64,000 nucleotides of DNA, taken from the NCBI RefSeq assembly GCF_008831285.2, contig NC_045138.2, positions 36,208,001 through 36,272,000 on the forward strand. Reading direction: 5' to 3'. The notes beneath the pieces were generated by a model. The model was not told where the DNA came from and did no database searches. It saw nothing but the letters and a program-made list of their open reading frames with translations. The position numbers and the translations under genes are program-made. Shown piece by piece: positions 13,701-26,258 of the stretch. Positions within the stretch are counted from its first letter, which is position 1, and each line of letters opens with the position of its first letter. The DNA is from Nymphaea colorata. Its lineage: Eukaryota.

Positions 13701-16600
13701 AGAAAAGTTATATCTCTGTACCTCAAAAATGCTTCGAATACAAATGCCACACCATCTGAGTCATAGAAAGGGTCCAGTGCAAGGCGATGTAAATGTGTCA
13801 AGGTCTCAAATAGAGATGGCAAATTGGTCTCAATAAAAATCTGTTGCTGAGGATTTATTCTGAATTCATTAGCTCGACTGCATGCAGTCTTGATCCTATG
13901 ATCAGAAAGAAACTCCACATCATCTGCATTTGTTTCCTCATCCACGTCAATGTGTTCATGTGTTCCAGAAACTTGTGGCCCAGACTGATCATTGGACGAA
14001 AAACTGCTAAAGTCCATTTCATTTGTGACACAGAAACCCAAATCCAATTTATCTTCCTCACTTTCTTCAATCCCTTTGATTTCTTCCTGCAAGAGTGTCT
14101 TATTTCTTGATTTGTCATGGGACTCTCCAAAGCTCAAGAGAATATTTGATTTTTGCATATCATTCCACTGAAATTCCTCTCTATGCAGTGGTTGCTCGCA
14201 AACTTTATCCTTCTCTTTTTCCTTTCGTTCCACGATCATCAAGTTGTTCTTTGCCCCTTCCTCTCCTTCCCCATCTTCTTCCTCGTCTACCTCCATCTGG
14301 TTTTCCACTTCTTCTGCTGCTACTTCGACCATCAGACTATTGCTGCTTCTATAAGCCCTGTAACACAATTCATTATCTGCCAGACTACTGGCAAGTGGCT
14401 CTGCTTCCCAATTACCTGATAAACAATTCAGACAATGAAAACCTCATATAGCAAGTTCATGATCTCATCCTCCTACTTTTGGGGGACATGAAACAAAATT
14501 GTGAAACCGATATAATGAAGCAAGTATAGAATAGATACAACAAGAGTTCAACATGAAGGGCGTCCAGAATCAAATGAGGCAGAAAATTTGAATACTGGAA
14601 GAAGAGAAAAAGCAGCAACAGCTGACAAATATACAAACTACGTAAGCAGACGTTCATCCTGTATGCTTCACAAACTTACCTTCGTCAGATTCATCAGCAC
14701 GCTCCATTTCTGTGAGCCTCATTGTTTCCTTGTAAATCCAGTCGGGCGTAATTGAGACAACACGCCGATAGGCATTGGCCTGAGCAATTGCTCTATTTGC
14801 ACCAACAGTGTCTGACTCACAAATGAAAACAGAAAGAGCGGCCTTCTGAAGAAAACCCAGCATCTCCAGAGGCCGAAACTCGGCCCTTGCCTTGTTGATT
14901 TGCTCCAGCGTATGATGGCTAGACTTACTATATCCAGGAACATCAACGACTGCACTTTTCTCATTTTCATTAAAGTTTACAAGTCCCTCGCACGAACAAA
15001 TTAAACCTAATGCTGCCCGCTTACCTAACTCCTCCAAAGCATTATCAATTGCAACCTTCAATTGTCCTACTGCATTCTTCGATTTCTCAACATAATTTTC
15101 TTCGAAAGGAAGAACTTGGAAGTCGTTTAGCCAGCATAACTTATCCTGACCAAAGATAGGGACCAAAACCTTCGATTTATTTGCCATAAAAACCCATCCA
15201 GGCCACCATTCTTCTTCCGATGAATTTGCCCAAACAATATCGCCTGCCCCCAGTCTCTCTACACCTCCCTCGCCTCTCGTCCTCTTTACTGAAACCTCAC
15301 AGTGAGCAAATTCAGAGGCATATCTCTTTCTTTGCTTCATGCTCGGAGCATTTTGTTTTTCCTTTATAACTAATTCAGCATCCTCCTCATCTTCCACCTC
15401 TCCCTCTTCCCTGGACACCTGGCGATCATGCGTCCCCTCAGGAACCACATATTCATTCTCTTCTGTCTTCTTGCACTTATTCTTCCTCTTCCTCCTCCTC
15501 CTCCTCTTCTTCTTCTTTCCTATAACACTAATTTCCTCCTCCTCATCCGAAACCAGAGAATTTAAACAAAGCATTCGCTGTTTGCAACCACCAACTTCCT
15601 CTTCCACTAATTCAGTATACTCCTCATCTTCCACCTCTCCATCTTCCCTGGACACCTGGCGATCATGCGTCCCCTCAGGAACCATATATTCATTCTCTTC
15701 TATCTTCTTACACTTCTTCTTCCTCTCCCTCTTCCTCCTCCTCCTCTTCTTCTTCTTCTTTCCTATAACACTAGTTTCCTCTCCCTCATCCGAAACCAGA
15801 GAATCTAAACAAGGCCTCCTCTGTTTGCAACCACCAACTTCCTCTTCCACTAATTCAGTATACTCCTCATCTTCCACCTCTCCATCTTCCCTGGACACCT
15901 GGCGATCATGCGTCCCCTCAGGAACCATATATTCATTCTCTTCTATCTTCTTACACTTCTTCTTCCTCTTCCTCTTCCTCTTCCTCCTCCTCCTCTTCTT
16001 CTTCTTCTTTCCTATAACACTAGTTTCCTCTCCCTCATCCGAAACCAGAGAATCTAAACAAGGCCTCCTCTGTTTGCAACCACCAACTTCCTCTTCCTCA
16101 AAAACACAACTGGGACCAAAGTTCCTAATCTTCGTTTCTCCAATTGGAACCCCGGATTCAAAACCATCGGTACGAAGATTACACTCCGGAAAATCTCGAG
16201 AAACCAAATGATTATCACAGACATCATCATCGTAAACCATAGTCTTCCTTTTCCCACTCGAAACCCTAAAATCCAAACTAACTGCATGCCTTCTCTTGAT
16301 TCCACGTCTCGTACGAACTTGAGAAACCAACAACCTGCCCTCGTCATCGTTGCCTTCGGCGGCGTCGCGGATACATACACCACCACCTTCATAACGGTGA
16401 GATAAGCTCCTAATTCCCCTTTCCCCGTACTCAGAATCTCCAGAAACTCGAGAACCACTTGCCCAAGATTTCCCGAGCATTCTACCCGCCAAAATGTTCG
16501 CCGAAGAGATTTGATCATCACGATAGTCACAGCCGTCGTCGTCCAACACCGCCATTCCCTTTTCCCATCCAGTCGTTGAGAAAGGTTTTGAAATCGTCAT
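10706..16600 (-). CDS. PWWP-domain chromatin protein, PDP1-like (PWWP, LALDPF helical repeats, RRM-like domain), ~1876 aa
   Basis: Exon 16600-14680 (donor GAAG|gtaagt) joins exon 14415-10706 (acceptor tttatcag|GT) in frame, 5631 nt. PWWP region GDIVWANSSEEEWWPGWV...VPIFGQ; five LALDPF-type repeats; HMKFPKNFELPSQDQLMKTFGKFG RRM-like region. The true start may lie further 5' via a candidate intron 16708-16628. Confidence 0.85.
15368..16098 (-). repeat. Three tandem ~240-bp coding repeats (acidic and Lys/Arg-rich ~80-aa unit)
   Basis: EEEVGGCKQR..LVSDE.EE.SVIGKKKK(K)RRRRKR..CKK.EENEY.VPEGTHDRQVSRE.GEVEDEE three times. Observed periods are 237 and 243 bp. Confidence 0.95.
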
Positions 16601-19271
16601 CAACAGCGGGCAAAATCCCAGATTCGCCTGGAATCAACTAAAACTCCCGAAACCCAAACTCTAAACTACATGAGCTATGAATTTAAAGCAAAAAACGCTG
16701 CCACCCACCATCTTCATTTTCCTCCTCCTCGGCGCCCTCAGCATCATCCAGCGAGCAGCCTCAAGACGCTCACCCTGAGAAAGTCGCATCGACCGCCAAA
16801 AAAATCATGGGACCGCATGGTCTTCGTGAAGCTCCCTGAACTCGGGGCTTGGAGCCAATTGATCGGAACCCGGATCGCCGGGGTTGCGGTGGTGTAGAAC
16901 TGGGCATGAAGCCCTAGACGGTTGAACCACCGTTGGTGAACCGAAACTCGAGATTCGGATTTTGGAATCTGAGGTTTAGGGTTAGAGGAAGCCGACTCGG
17001 TCTCCCGGCCGCATCTCCTCCGTTTCCCGCCACGACAGGCAGAGTCAGACAGGCAATCCGTCGAAGTGTCTCAGGCACTGTGAAATTTTGATCGTCCGTC
17101 CGTGAAAATAGTTAATCGGTGCGCCCGCGTTGTCCGAACAACTGGTCGTGACCGGGGACAGAAGGACACGAATGAATGTCATTGAAAAGTAAAAATTATT
17201 GACACATCAAAAGTTATTATGATGTATAATTTATAAATTTGGTCCTATATAAAAATTATGTATTACCGTCAGGCTACTTTAGTCATGTTTCTCTCACTTT
17301 GGGTTAAAGGCATTTTAAGAATGGGGAAAAATTCTATGGAAAACTGAGTTTTTTTATTTTGATTAAAATCTCTTACAAGCAGCCTAATGTAATGGATGCA
17401 ACAAGATTTCATATTATTTATCTTTAAAAATTAATGATTATTTTAAAAAAAATCTTCACATAATTGTACAAGCTTAAAAGTATGGTTATAAAGAAAAGTA
17501 CATCTCACCTTTTATTGTTTCAATTCACTCTTTTTCTACCGCATATATGCCATAGCATTCATCACTACTAAAGCGTGTGGAATTTTTCACATAACCTCAT
17601 TTATATATATATATATGCGAAGATAATATTTCACACTCAGCTATGTGGAAAGATAGTATTTCACATTCAACTTAAATAGTGCTCTAATTGGGTATTTATT
17701 GTCCTTCTCTTGTACACATTTAAGATTTGAAGTGACTCTTCGAAATGTACTTTTTTTGTAACGGGCATGATTTATTTGTCTTTCTATTATTAACAATTTT
17801 CATGCACAAAATCTGAATCATTACTCCTAAATTATCTTAAAACAAATAATATGCTTAATTCCCTATCCACATTGATATTTTTAAAAGATCCTTATATATA
17901 TAATGAATCAACGTAGACCAACTAAATGACAAATTCATTGGCTTGTCTTTTGCATTTTGGGGAATAAGCAACTTTTAAACTCATGCATATTCTAACCGTA
18001 GGGAGATCCAAACAAAGTACCAAGCTTTTATCTTCTTTCCGTTGAAGATCTCACGTCTAATCTCACAACCCAATAGCAAAAGTTGCTTAATATGTGGATC
18101 TCACCTAATAAAAGCCAAATAAGAAAAGGGCAATTACCAGATGCTGGTAGCCATTTTTTAGCGGAAGGTTGTGCCTTGTGTGCAAAAAGCAGCAACTTTT
18201 GGATGTCTGACGCTTGTTTGGCATAAAACATTATGTAACTACCCTAAATATTAAAGTAGGTTTATGAACCACCTACTCCAATATTTACTCCAATATTTAA
18301 AGCAGATTCATGAAATAGTCATACAATGTTCGTCATAACAGATGGCCCCAAAAAGGACTGGAGAAAGATGAGGGGCAATTGGGCATACAGTGAAAAAAAA
18401 AAATTGATGCATTTTATACACAATTTGCATGCCTCTCACTTTGGGATGATTGGTGCGTTTAGTATGAACACATCTAAGGCATGTCCGAGAAAGAAGCGCT
18501 CTCAAGTATATGAACTGTCTAACGCTGCCGGCGTTCTCATGTTAGAATGGAGCAACATTAGTCAGATTTTCTTTTGCCAAACGTTTAATTCAAGACTAGA
18601 GAGAACGTCCAATCTTAAATTAATAGATCTCAAAATGGGGGAACCATGATATTAGATTTAGTAGAAGGTAATCAGACGCCTTGTTTGCTTTTAACATTAT
18701 TTTATTCTGAACATATGCTCGAGATCTTCGTGAGCCGAAACTTACTAGTCAGAGGCTTGGATTTCACTTCACTTCAACTTCCGTCATCACGAGAACCTGT
18801 TTACATACCGAAATAAACGGACCTAATTACGCGTTCAAAGAGCTCTCCAACGCGAGAGTGCGAGGAGAGAAAAAATTCTCTCCAATGTCCAAAGACAAGA
18901 ATTCTAAACGTACAGGGATGTTGCGTGGTTTGTTCTTTTACGAGGAAGGAAGACTACCAATGGTCCAAAAGTCCATGCCACGTAATAAGCGCTACCAAGA
19001 TGGTCTTCGTTGATTTTTACGTCGTGGTGGTTGCTCTGCCTTTTCGTTCTAGAGAGAGAATGGAAGAAGAAACGTGGCGAGAAAGATAGAGGAAGAGCAT
19101 ATTTGCTGCTCGATCTTGCTGATGAACGAAGCGAGATCCCAAGGTGGCAGTCGCCGTCAATTCCGACCAGTGTGGCCAACATTCATCTGCTTGTGAATCT
19201 GTGATCCGATCTCGTCTCCCCATAGAACCTTCTTTGGAGGAACTGACAGTTCGAGAATTTGTCAATCAAGA

Positions 19272-22200
19272 ATGGGAACAACCAAGAGGCTTTATCAAGT
19301 TTGGAAGGGGAACAACGTAAAATTTCTGTCTCTCTGCTAACTTTTCCGTCTTATATATTTTGCCGCGAAAAGCATCTTGCTATTGAATTTTCAGGTTTGT
19401 TCTCTCACAGCAGTATTTAGATTAACAGAGTCAAAATCAGATATGAATATGTATTAAGGTTCTGAAATGGATTTATATGCACCAAAATCCAACAGAATAC
19501 CATCAGCGTTCAGCGCTGTATGCAATTGTCTGGTAAACGTATTACCAGCATCATGCTATTAATTTGTGTTAAGGATGAGAGAAAAGAAGTTTCTCTACTT
19601 CGGGTCTATGGCGACATCTCGACATGATGGGTGCCATTCCCACATATTTCATATTTCAAATGCTTGAGCTATTAAAAGCTTACACAGTCATATGACCTTT
19701 TGATCTTCCAGAGGTTCTTCTGTGGAGGTAGGCTGATATTTGGTCCGGAGGTGGGATCGCTGCTTCTCTCCACTTTCTTGATCTTCAGTCCTTCTGTTGT
19801 ATTCTGTACTCAAGTGGCTGCTAAGATCATCCAACCGTCACCACATCTTGGCATCTCTGTACTGGCTGTGGCTGTGCTTCTCACTGTTTGGGTTAGTAAA
19901 GCTCTCTTTAGTTATTTTCCTCTGCCATTCTCTGTTTCTGTAGTACTACATAATATTTTAATAAGCAAAAACCCTGTTTTCTCTGTGATGGAAATCGATT
20001 TTGTCTTTTTATGTCAAGAAAGTTGGCCATTTTCTAGGAGTTTTAAGAAACAATACATGTGCAGCCTATTTTAGGACTTGATTAGAAGCCTTTAAATTCT
20101 AAACGTTATTGGTTCCTATAAAAATGTGTGAAATCCAGCATGCCTGGCATCTTCAGGTCCTCGTTTCTTGTGCCCGGAGCATTTGGTGTATAGGTTATGG
20201 TTTTCATCGATTCACTAAAAAAAAATTAATTTTCAATAGTGAATAGATGAAGCATTCATGAGAGGGGAAGATGAGGTAAATTTCCTCTCACTCTCCGACA
20301 TACACACGCAGCAAATGCATACGTCCCAATACGAGCAAGCATTGGCGTGCATGCCTGCTCATCCATCCACAAATTCAGATTGTTTTGATTTGACTGGATA
20401 TCAAATCCTTTAGAAATCAAGAGTTTGTTTCAAGTAACAGTTCATCTCAATTTACTAGTAGGAACTCCAGAACCATGATTGTGATACCCAATTTTTGTAT
20501 CTTCTGAACCTAACATAAGCATTGGTTTTATTACTTGAGAGTGTTTATGTATGACTCCGATACATTAGAATGTTCTTTGGTGAGATGTGCTTGGCTTTAG
20601 TACTTGAACATATCTTATTTCAAATAGATTTTGGTAGATAAGGACTACAGTATTGCTGCCCTTTAGAAATCTAGCAACTACCTGTCATGCTTATGTTTTT
20701 TATCCTTCAACTAGACATTACTGTCATAAGTGCTCTGGTTTAGTTTGTGTCAGCTATTGAGCATGACTGATTATTCTCGCAGTTTCTTGTATTTTTCATT
20801 CAGAGAGGAGACTGCAAGAGGAGATGCTTAAAACAATTGTTGTAGATAACACTTGATTGACGTGCAGGATTTGCTAGTTCTCTTTATGACATCTGGTAGA
20901 GATCCTGGTATTGTACCTAGAAATAAGCAGCCTCCTGAGGTGGAAGGTGAAATTTCTTCTGCATCAACAGAGTTCGTGAACAATAGAAGTCCAGACTTAA
21001 GATTGCCTCGAATTAAAGATGTCACAGTCAATGGTGTTACAGTAAACGTTAAATACTGTGATACATGCCTGCTTTACCGGCCTCCCCGTGCTTCCCATTG
21101 TTCGATCTGCAACAACTGCGTTCAAAAATTTGATCATCATTGTCCTTGGGTTGGTCAGTGCATTGGGCTAGTAAGTTGGTACTTCCATGAGTTAGTCCTT
21201 AAGATTTCAATAGTTTACCAATTTGTCCAAGCCATGGCTAGCAATTATTGACTTTTTTCCGTCACTGCATTGCAGGTGTGTGCAGTATGTTTTTGAAAAA
21301 ATTATCAACAAAAATATGGCATTTTAGTTTTTAGGCAATAAAAAAAGGTTGTTAGATTGACAGTGCGTTTGACAACCACCAGCATTCTTCTTGGACTATT
21401 TCTTAATACGAACCAAAGAAATGTCTCGAGAAAGAAGTTAGATTCATAAAACTTTTACCAATTTGTTGATTACATAACATCATCATATTTGAACATTTGA
21501 ATGCATGGGTATTTCTGATAGAAAATTAGTTCTAAATCAAACGAAAATGCGTAATTTTTGTCTCAAACAATTTCCAATAAATAATTCTGGTGTCACGTCT
21601 CGGGAGCGTATGCAGGCCAACTTGGCAAGTGACAAAGACTGAACTGGGAAGAACCTGAAAGAGCTTTACACAGCTCTTTCTTCTTCTGGGTAAGGACTTG
21701 AGGAATGAGTTCTTGCATGCATTCAGTTGTCCGATTAGCGAGATCGTATAGTATATGTGAACTGGCAACCATAAGCAGAGGCTGCGTGAAATAGTTATAA
21801 TAGAATAATTATCGGCCACCCTATGAACGTGCAACCCCATGAGCGACAGGATATTTGATTCCTAGAAGAGCCATACGTTCCAGCATGCCCTTCTGGGCAT
21901 CATGCATCCTGCAAGGCCTATCATTACACTGTTCATTTCTGTGAGTACACAAAAGAAATTAAAATTAAAAGATCTAAGAGAAACAGAGGCAGAGAATATC
22001 CTACAGCGCTTCATACTTGGCCATCTATTTCTTATTCCTTTTCATCGTAACTGGGGAACTAACTGTTTCTGTTCCTATGCTTGGTCAAATGCAATTGTTT
22101 CATGCATAGGAGCCAGTAACCTGCTCTGTACTTGCTTTTTGTCCTGCTGTTTACGACGAAATAATAAACTTAGAAACCTTCCAGCGTATCTTTTACTATA

Positions 22201-23952
22201 ATAGAGGATAGTGGAGTCCTAACATTTGAAATTTCCTGATTGAAGTAATTATGGGATTTAGATATTGGCATATTGCACATATGCTGATTCTTAGCTCCAT
22301 AAGAATGACATATAGTTCCAGGTGCTCAGATAGGTTGGTAAAATGTGTATTCTTTACAAAATTCACTGAGGCTGCTCTGTTCATGAGATGACGGATTTTC
22401 TTGAAAAGCTGAAAGCCTAAAACCAATAAATTCATTTTTTTTTATTTTTTAAAAATACTGAGCTTCAGATATGAGTTATGCATGTTTGGTTGGATTTTTC
22501 TGTGACATTCAAGTTGCAGAACTACAGAACATCACAGTCATGGTTGAAACTTTTAATCTTTTTTTTCTCGGTAATGTATTGCGTTTGTCTCTATGCATAC
22601 TCAGATTTTTTTACTTTTCGTGGGAATGTGTTTTGTCTCCATTCTAATGACCCTGAAAGATCTATTTAGGAACATACAACTCTTTGAACTTTGCATTCCA
22701 AATTACTCATTTAATGTATTGCAACCATCTCAAATTTTCTTAAATTCATCCGATTTGTCTAAAGACTACAGTGTGTTGTTTTGTTATTCTACAGTATGCA
22801 GCTGTTACTGGAACTTCAGAATTCTACATTTTAACCAAACATGTTCATTATGACTTTGTTGCAGCGTAACTATCGGTTCTACTTCCTGTTTGTTTCATCT
22901 ACAACCTTCTTGTGCATATACGTCTTTACCTTTTCTTGGGTAAATATCCTTTTGCAACGATCACACAGAAGCCTCTGGAAAGCTATGGCTAAAGAGGTTC
23001 CATCAGTGGTTCTCATAATTTACACCTTTATAATGGTCTGGTTTGTTGGGGGACTCACAATCTTCCATCTCTATCTGATCAGCAGAAATCAGGTGGGCAC
23101 TGAAACCAGTCATGTATATTCCCAATATTCTGGATTTCCTCTTAGATGACTTAAATGATGTGAAGTTATTTATATAGGTTCTTTTTTTTTTTTTTTTGTT
23201 ACAAGATTAGCAATACTTGTTCTTTTTCATCCCCAAATGTCATTTAATTTCAATATAACTCTTGGAGTGTATGGTAGCCCGTCCTAGACCAATCCACCTC
23301 GATGCTCATACATCTGTATCACTGGGCATGAATTTGTCATGGTGACTCATGTCATAAAATTTCAGTTCTCTCTCCACATTCACCATGCTTTCCTGCTTGT
23401 GGATGCATCATGCACGTGATAAACATGGTGTAAACTTGTAAATATGGCTCAATCTTATCTTAACGTTTGAAATGCCTCTGAGATTATGATTCTTTTACCA
23501 TGTAACAGACTACTTATGAAAACTTCCGCTCCAGATATGATAAGAAAGAAAATCCATATAACCTGGGGGCCTGGAGGAACTTCAAAGATATTTTTTTGTC
23601 ACCTATCCCTCCTTCACTGAACGATTTTAGATCAATAGTAAGAGAAGAGCCTGTAGAATTTGTAGCAGCAGTTACTCCAGTTGTGGCAGGCAACTCCATT
23701 GTGCCAAAGGAAAATGCCAGCATGGAAGTTAGCGAAACAAAAGTGGGAATTTCTGGTAACATGCAGCTTCCCAGAATCCTGCAAGGCCTGGACTATGGAG
23801 ACATTGTTGACAACCTGAAGATTAGGGGCTCTGATGTGGGGCACTCATTTGATTCATTTATTTTCTCTGTGGCACAAGAAACTACACAGGCTGGTGGTAC
23901 CGACGAAGCAAAAGTTGCTGCAGATCACCATAACATCAATATGGAATCATGA
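19272..23952 (+). CDS. DHHC-type protein S-acyltransferase (palmitoyltransferase, ERF2-like clade)
   Basis: Exons 19272-19316, 19712-19891, 20868-21170, 22865-23092 and 23509-23952. Motifs [74 protein letters not shown] and NQTTYENFR. Confidence 0.95.
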
Positions 23953-26126
23953 AAGGTAGACATGATTTATGCTGGAAGTTTCAAACCAATCCTCATTTTA
24001 CACCTTAGCAATGAAAGCAGATAATGTCTGCATACCTGAACAGCAGCTTAAGGAAAGCACCAGAACAAACTTTTGGCTCTACTAAAAAGGATTATGCCCG
24101 GGCTCTGGACATTGATCTGGAAATGACTGAGCCAGATCAAAATACATTCCTGTGACATGTTATGAGCCTCTTTCTTTTAATTATGGCTGCTTTCAACTTT
24201 CAAGGTTTTCAAATGATGGCTCACAGTGGGGGACTTGTGCGTGTCTGTGTATGTATAGTATGCTCTGTTATACATGAAAAAGAAAATTGTTCTGACTGTC
24301 CTTTTCCTTTTGTAACACAGTTGATATCAACAACTGTAGATGATGGCCGCACATCAGCGTTGGTCCAGCAGGGTCGCTTGCTGTATGAGTTCCTCTGTAT
24401 CTTATGAAAAGCCTTGGACATTTTGGGTTTGTACTTTTGTGCAGTGTCTCAGCATAAGCAGCAGTGTGGCTCTTGGAGTTTGCGTTCATGTGCCGCAAAT
24501 TTCAAGGATGTTTTCAGCAAAATAAAAAGCAATAAAATGCTGGGGAGAGTTTGTGAAAGCAAAAGGGGAAAAAAAATGATGTCTTTGCTAATTGAAACTC
24601 AATCTGTATGCAGACATTCGACATGGTCTTGAAGGTTTCAACTTACAACCTGCATGGTTGCCTATTGAGAAAAAGAAGAAGCTTATAATTTTTTATTTTG
24701 TACGACTAAATTATGTGCTTTGATTTTGTAATATTAAAACATATACCAATTACCAAGAGTGAGATCCTGAACCTAGAACAGAAATAATGAAAAGTTTTTG
24801 AATTTCTTATACAGCAACTGGAATTTTTCCATCTTAAGATAGAAAATTTGGGTTTTGGCAGAACCGTTACGGGATTAGCTAATAGAGGCGTATACAGGGA
24901 GTATTATTTTCAAACTTTTCCACAAACATTACCGCCTTGTACCTCATGACTCTTCTTTTTTTTTTTTTTGTTACGAAGAAAAAAAAAAAGCTGAAGTGAA
25001 AACAGGTGGTGTTACTGTCTGACAGTGAATTGGTCGATTTGGGAACCCTTTCAACTTGAAACAGGGCTGATTCATGGGGACCGCAGAGGATATTTTCATA
25101 ACTTTGATATCGTTTTTTGTATTTTTCCCATTTTTTGAAATTTTTAGGTATTTTCTCCCTGATTTTTTACATGACAGGTATCTTGAAGTTCTGATTTGCT
25201 TCATAATCGACTCCAATTGCGTTTGATTCAGACGATTCACTGAATTTTTTGTCTTTCCAATTGAATTCAAGAACTGATTACGATGCAAGTTGGAAACATA
25301 ATTATGCCAAATTACTGAAGTGAAAACATAAAACCATTTCTTGAAACACCCCCAAGGAGCAGAAAAACAAAACTATCTACAAGTAGATACAACTCAACCG
25401 TTTACTGGACAATGCGGGCCAAGGAGAGCCCGCAAGAACGTGTGGTGAGGAATGCAGATTCGTTAGCCGAGTGTCAAGAGACAACCTTGGCCTCTTATTT
25501 CTGTTGAAGAAAGCGGTTTTGGAAGTCCCCCGGATTTCGAATTCCTGCTGACAGCATCAAGTTTGTCGGCCGTTGTTTTCATATCTCTCTGCCTTGTTCC
25601 CCTTACAGGCACACTGTTTTCCCACTGAACACAGCTTTCGAGCTGTGGGGAGGAAAAATGGTGGCCCCACTTTATCTCAAAATTTGCAAGCCGAGAACCC
25701 TGCGACCATGAAAACGACATCTGCTCATGGATGATCTCTTGTTGGATATCGTTGCTTTTCGATAATGACAAACAATTAAAACTGGAAAACGACCATCTTT
25801 ATCGTGAGATAAACTAGTTTTGCTTCACACTTTTCATCGTAAAGTATCGAAAAGCACATTTAGAACTATAAATTATCGAGAAACATGAAGAAAGATAACT
25901 AGTTCAGCTGATATTTACTGTACATGTTGACCTTGCTACAACGATCCCCTTGAAAATCTGGTCAGCAGCTATTAATTGCACCAATGTTGGCCACCAGCTT
26001 CCTTGAGATACAAGAGGGCGCCTCCCGAACTCCATGCTTGTTTCATGTGCCGAACAGCCAGGCCTTTCCAGAACAAGACTCTGAACGATGGAATCAGAAT
26101 CAACCAATGACAACACTTCTATCCTA

Positions 26127-26176
26127 CACGTCACAAATCCACTGGATTGCTTTCAATTTCCACAAGCTGTATATAA
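26127..26176 (+). promoter_or_regulatory. CHL27 proximal promoter (ACACGTC ACGT-core element and TATATAA box)
   Basis: TATATAA at 26170-26176, about 85 nt before the ATG. ACACGTC about 40 nt further upstream. Confidence 0.5.
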
Positions 26177-26258
26177 GTGGAAAATCCACCCCCTCGGTTC
26201 TACATTCTCTCCCTCCTAAACCTCTCTTGAACCCTCCACCAGCCCGAAGCAGAAAAGA

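Noticed and set aside
15339..16211. 290-aa plus-strand Ser/Phe/Leu-rich ORF
   Set aside because: Antisense shadow of the purine-rich PWWP coding repeats.
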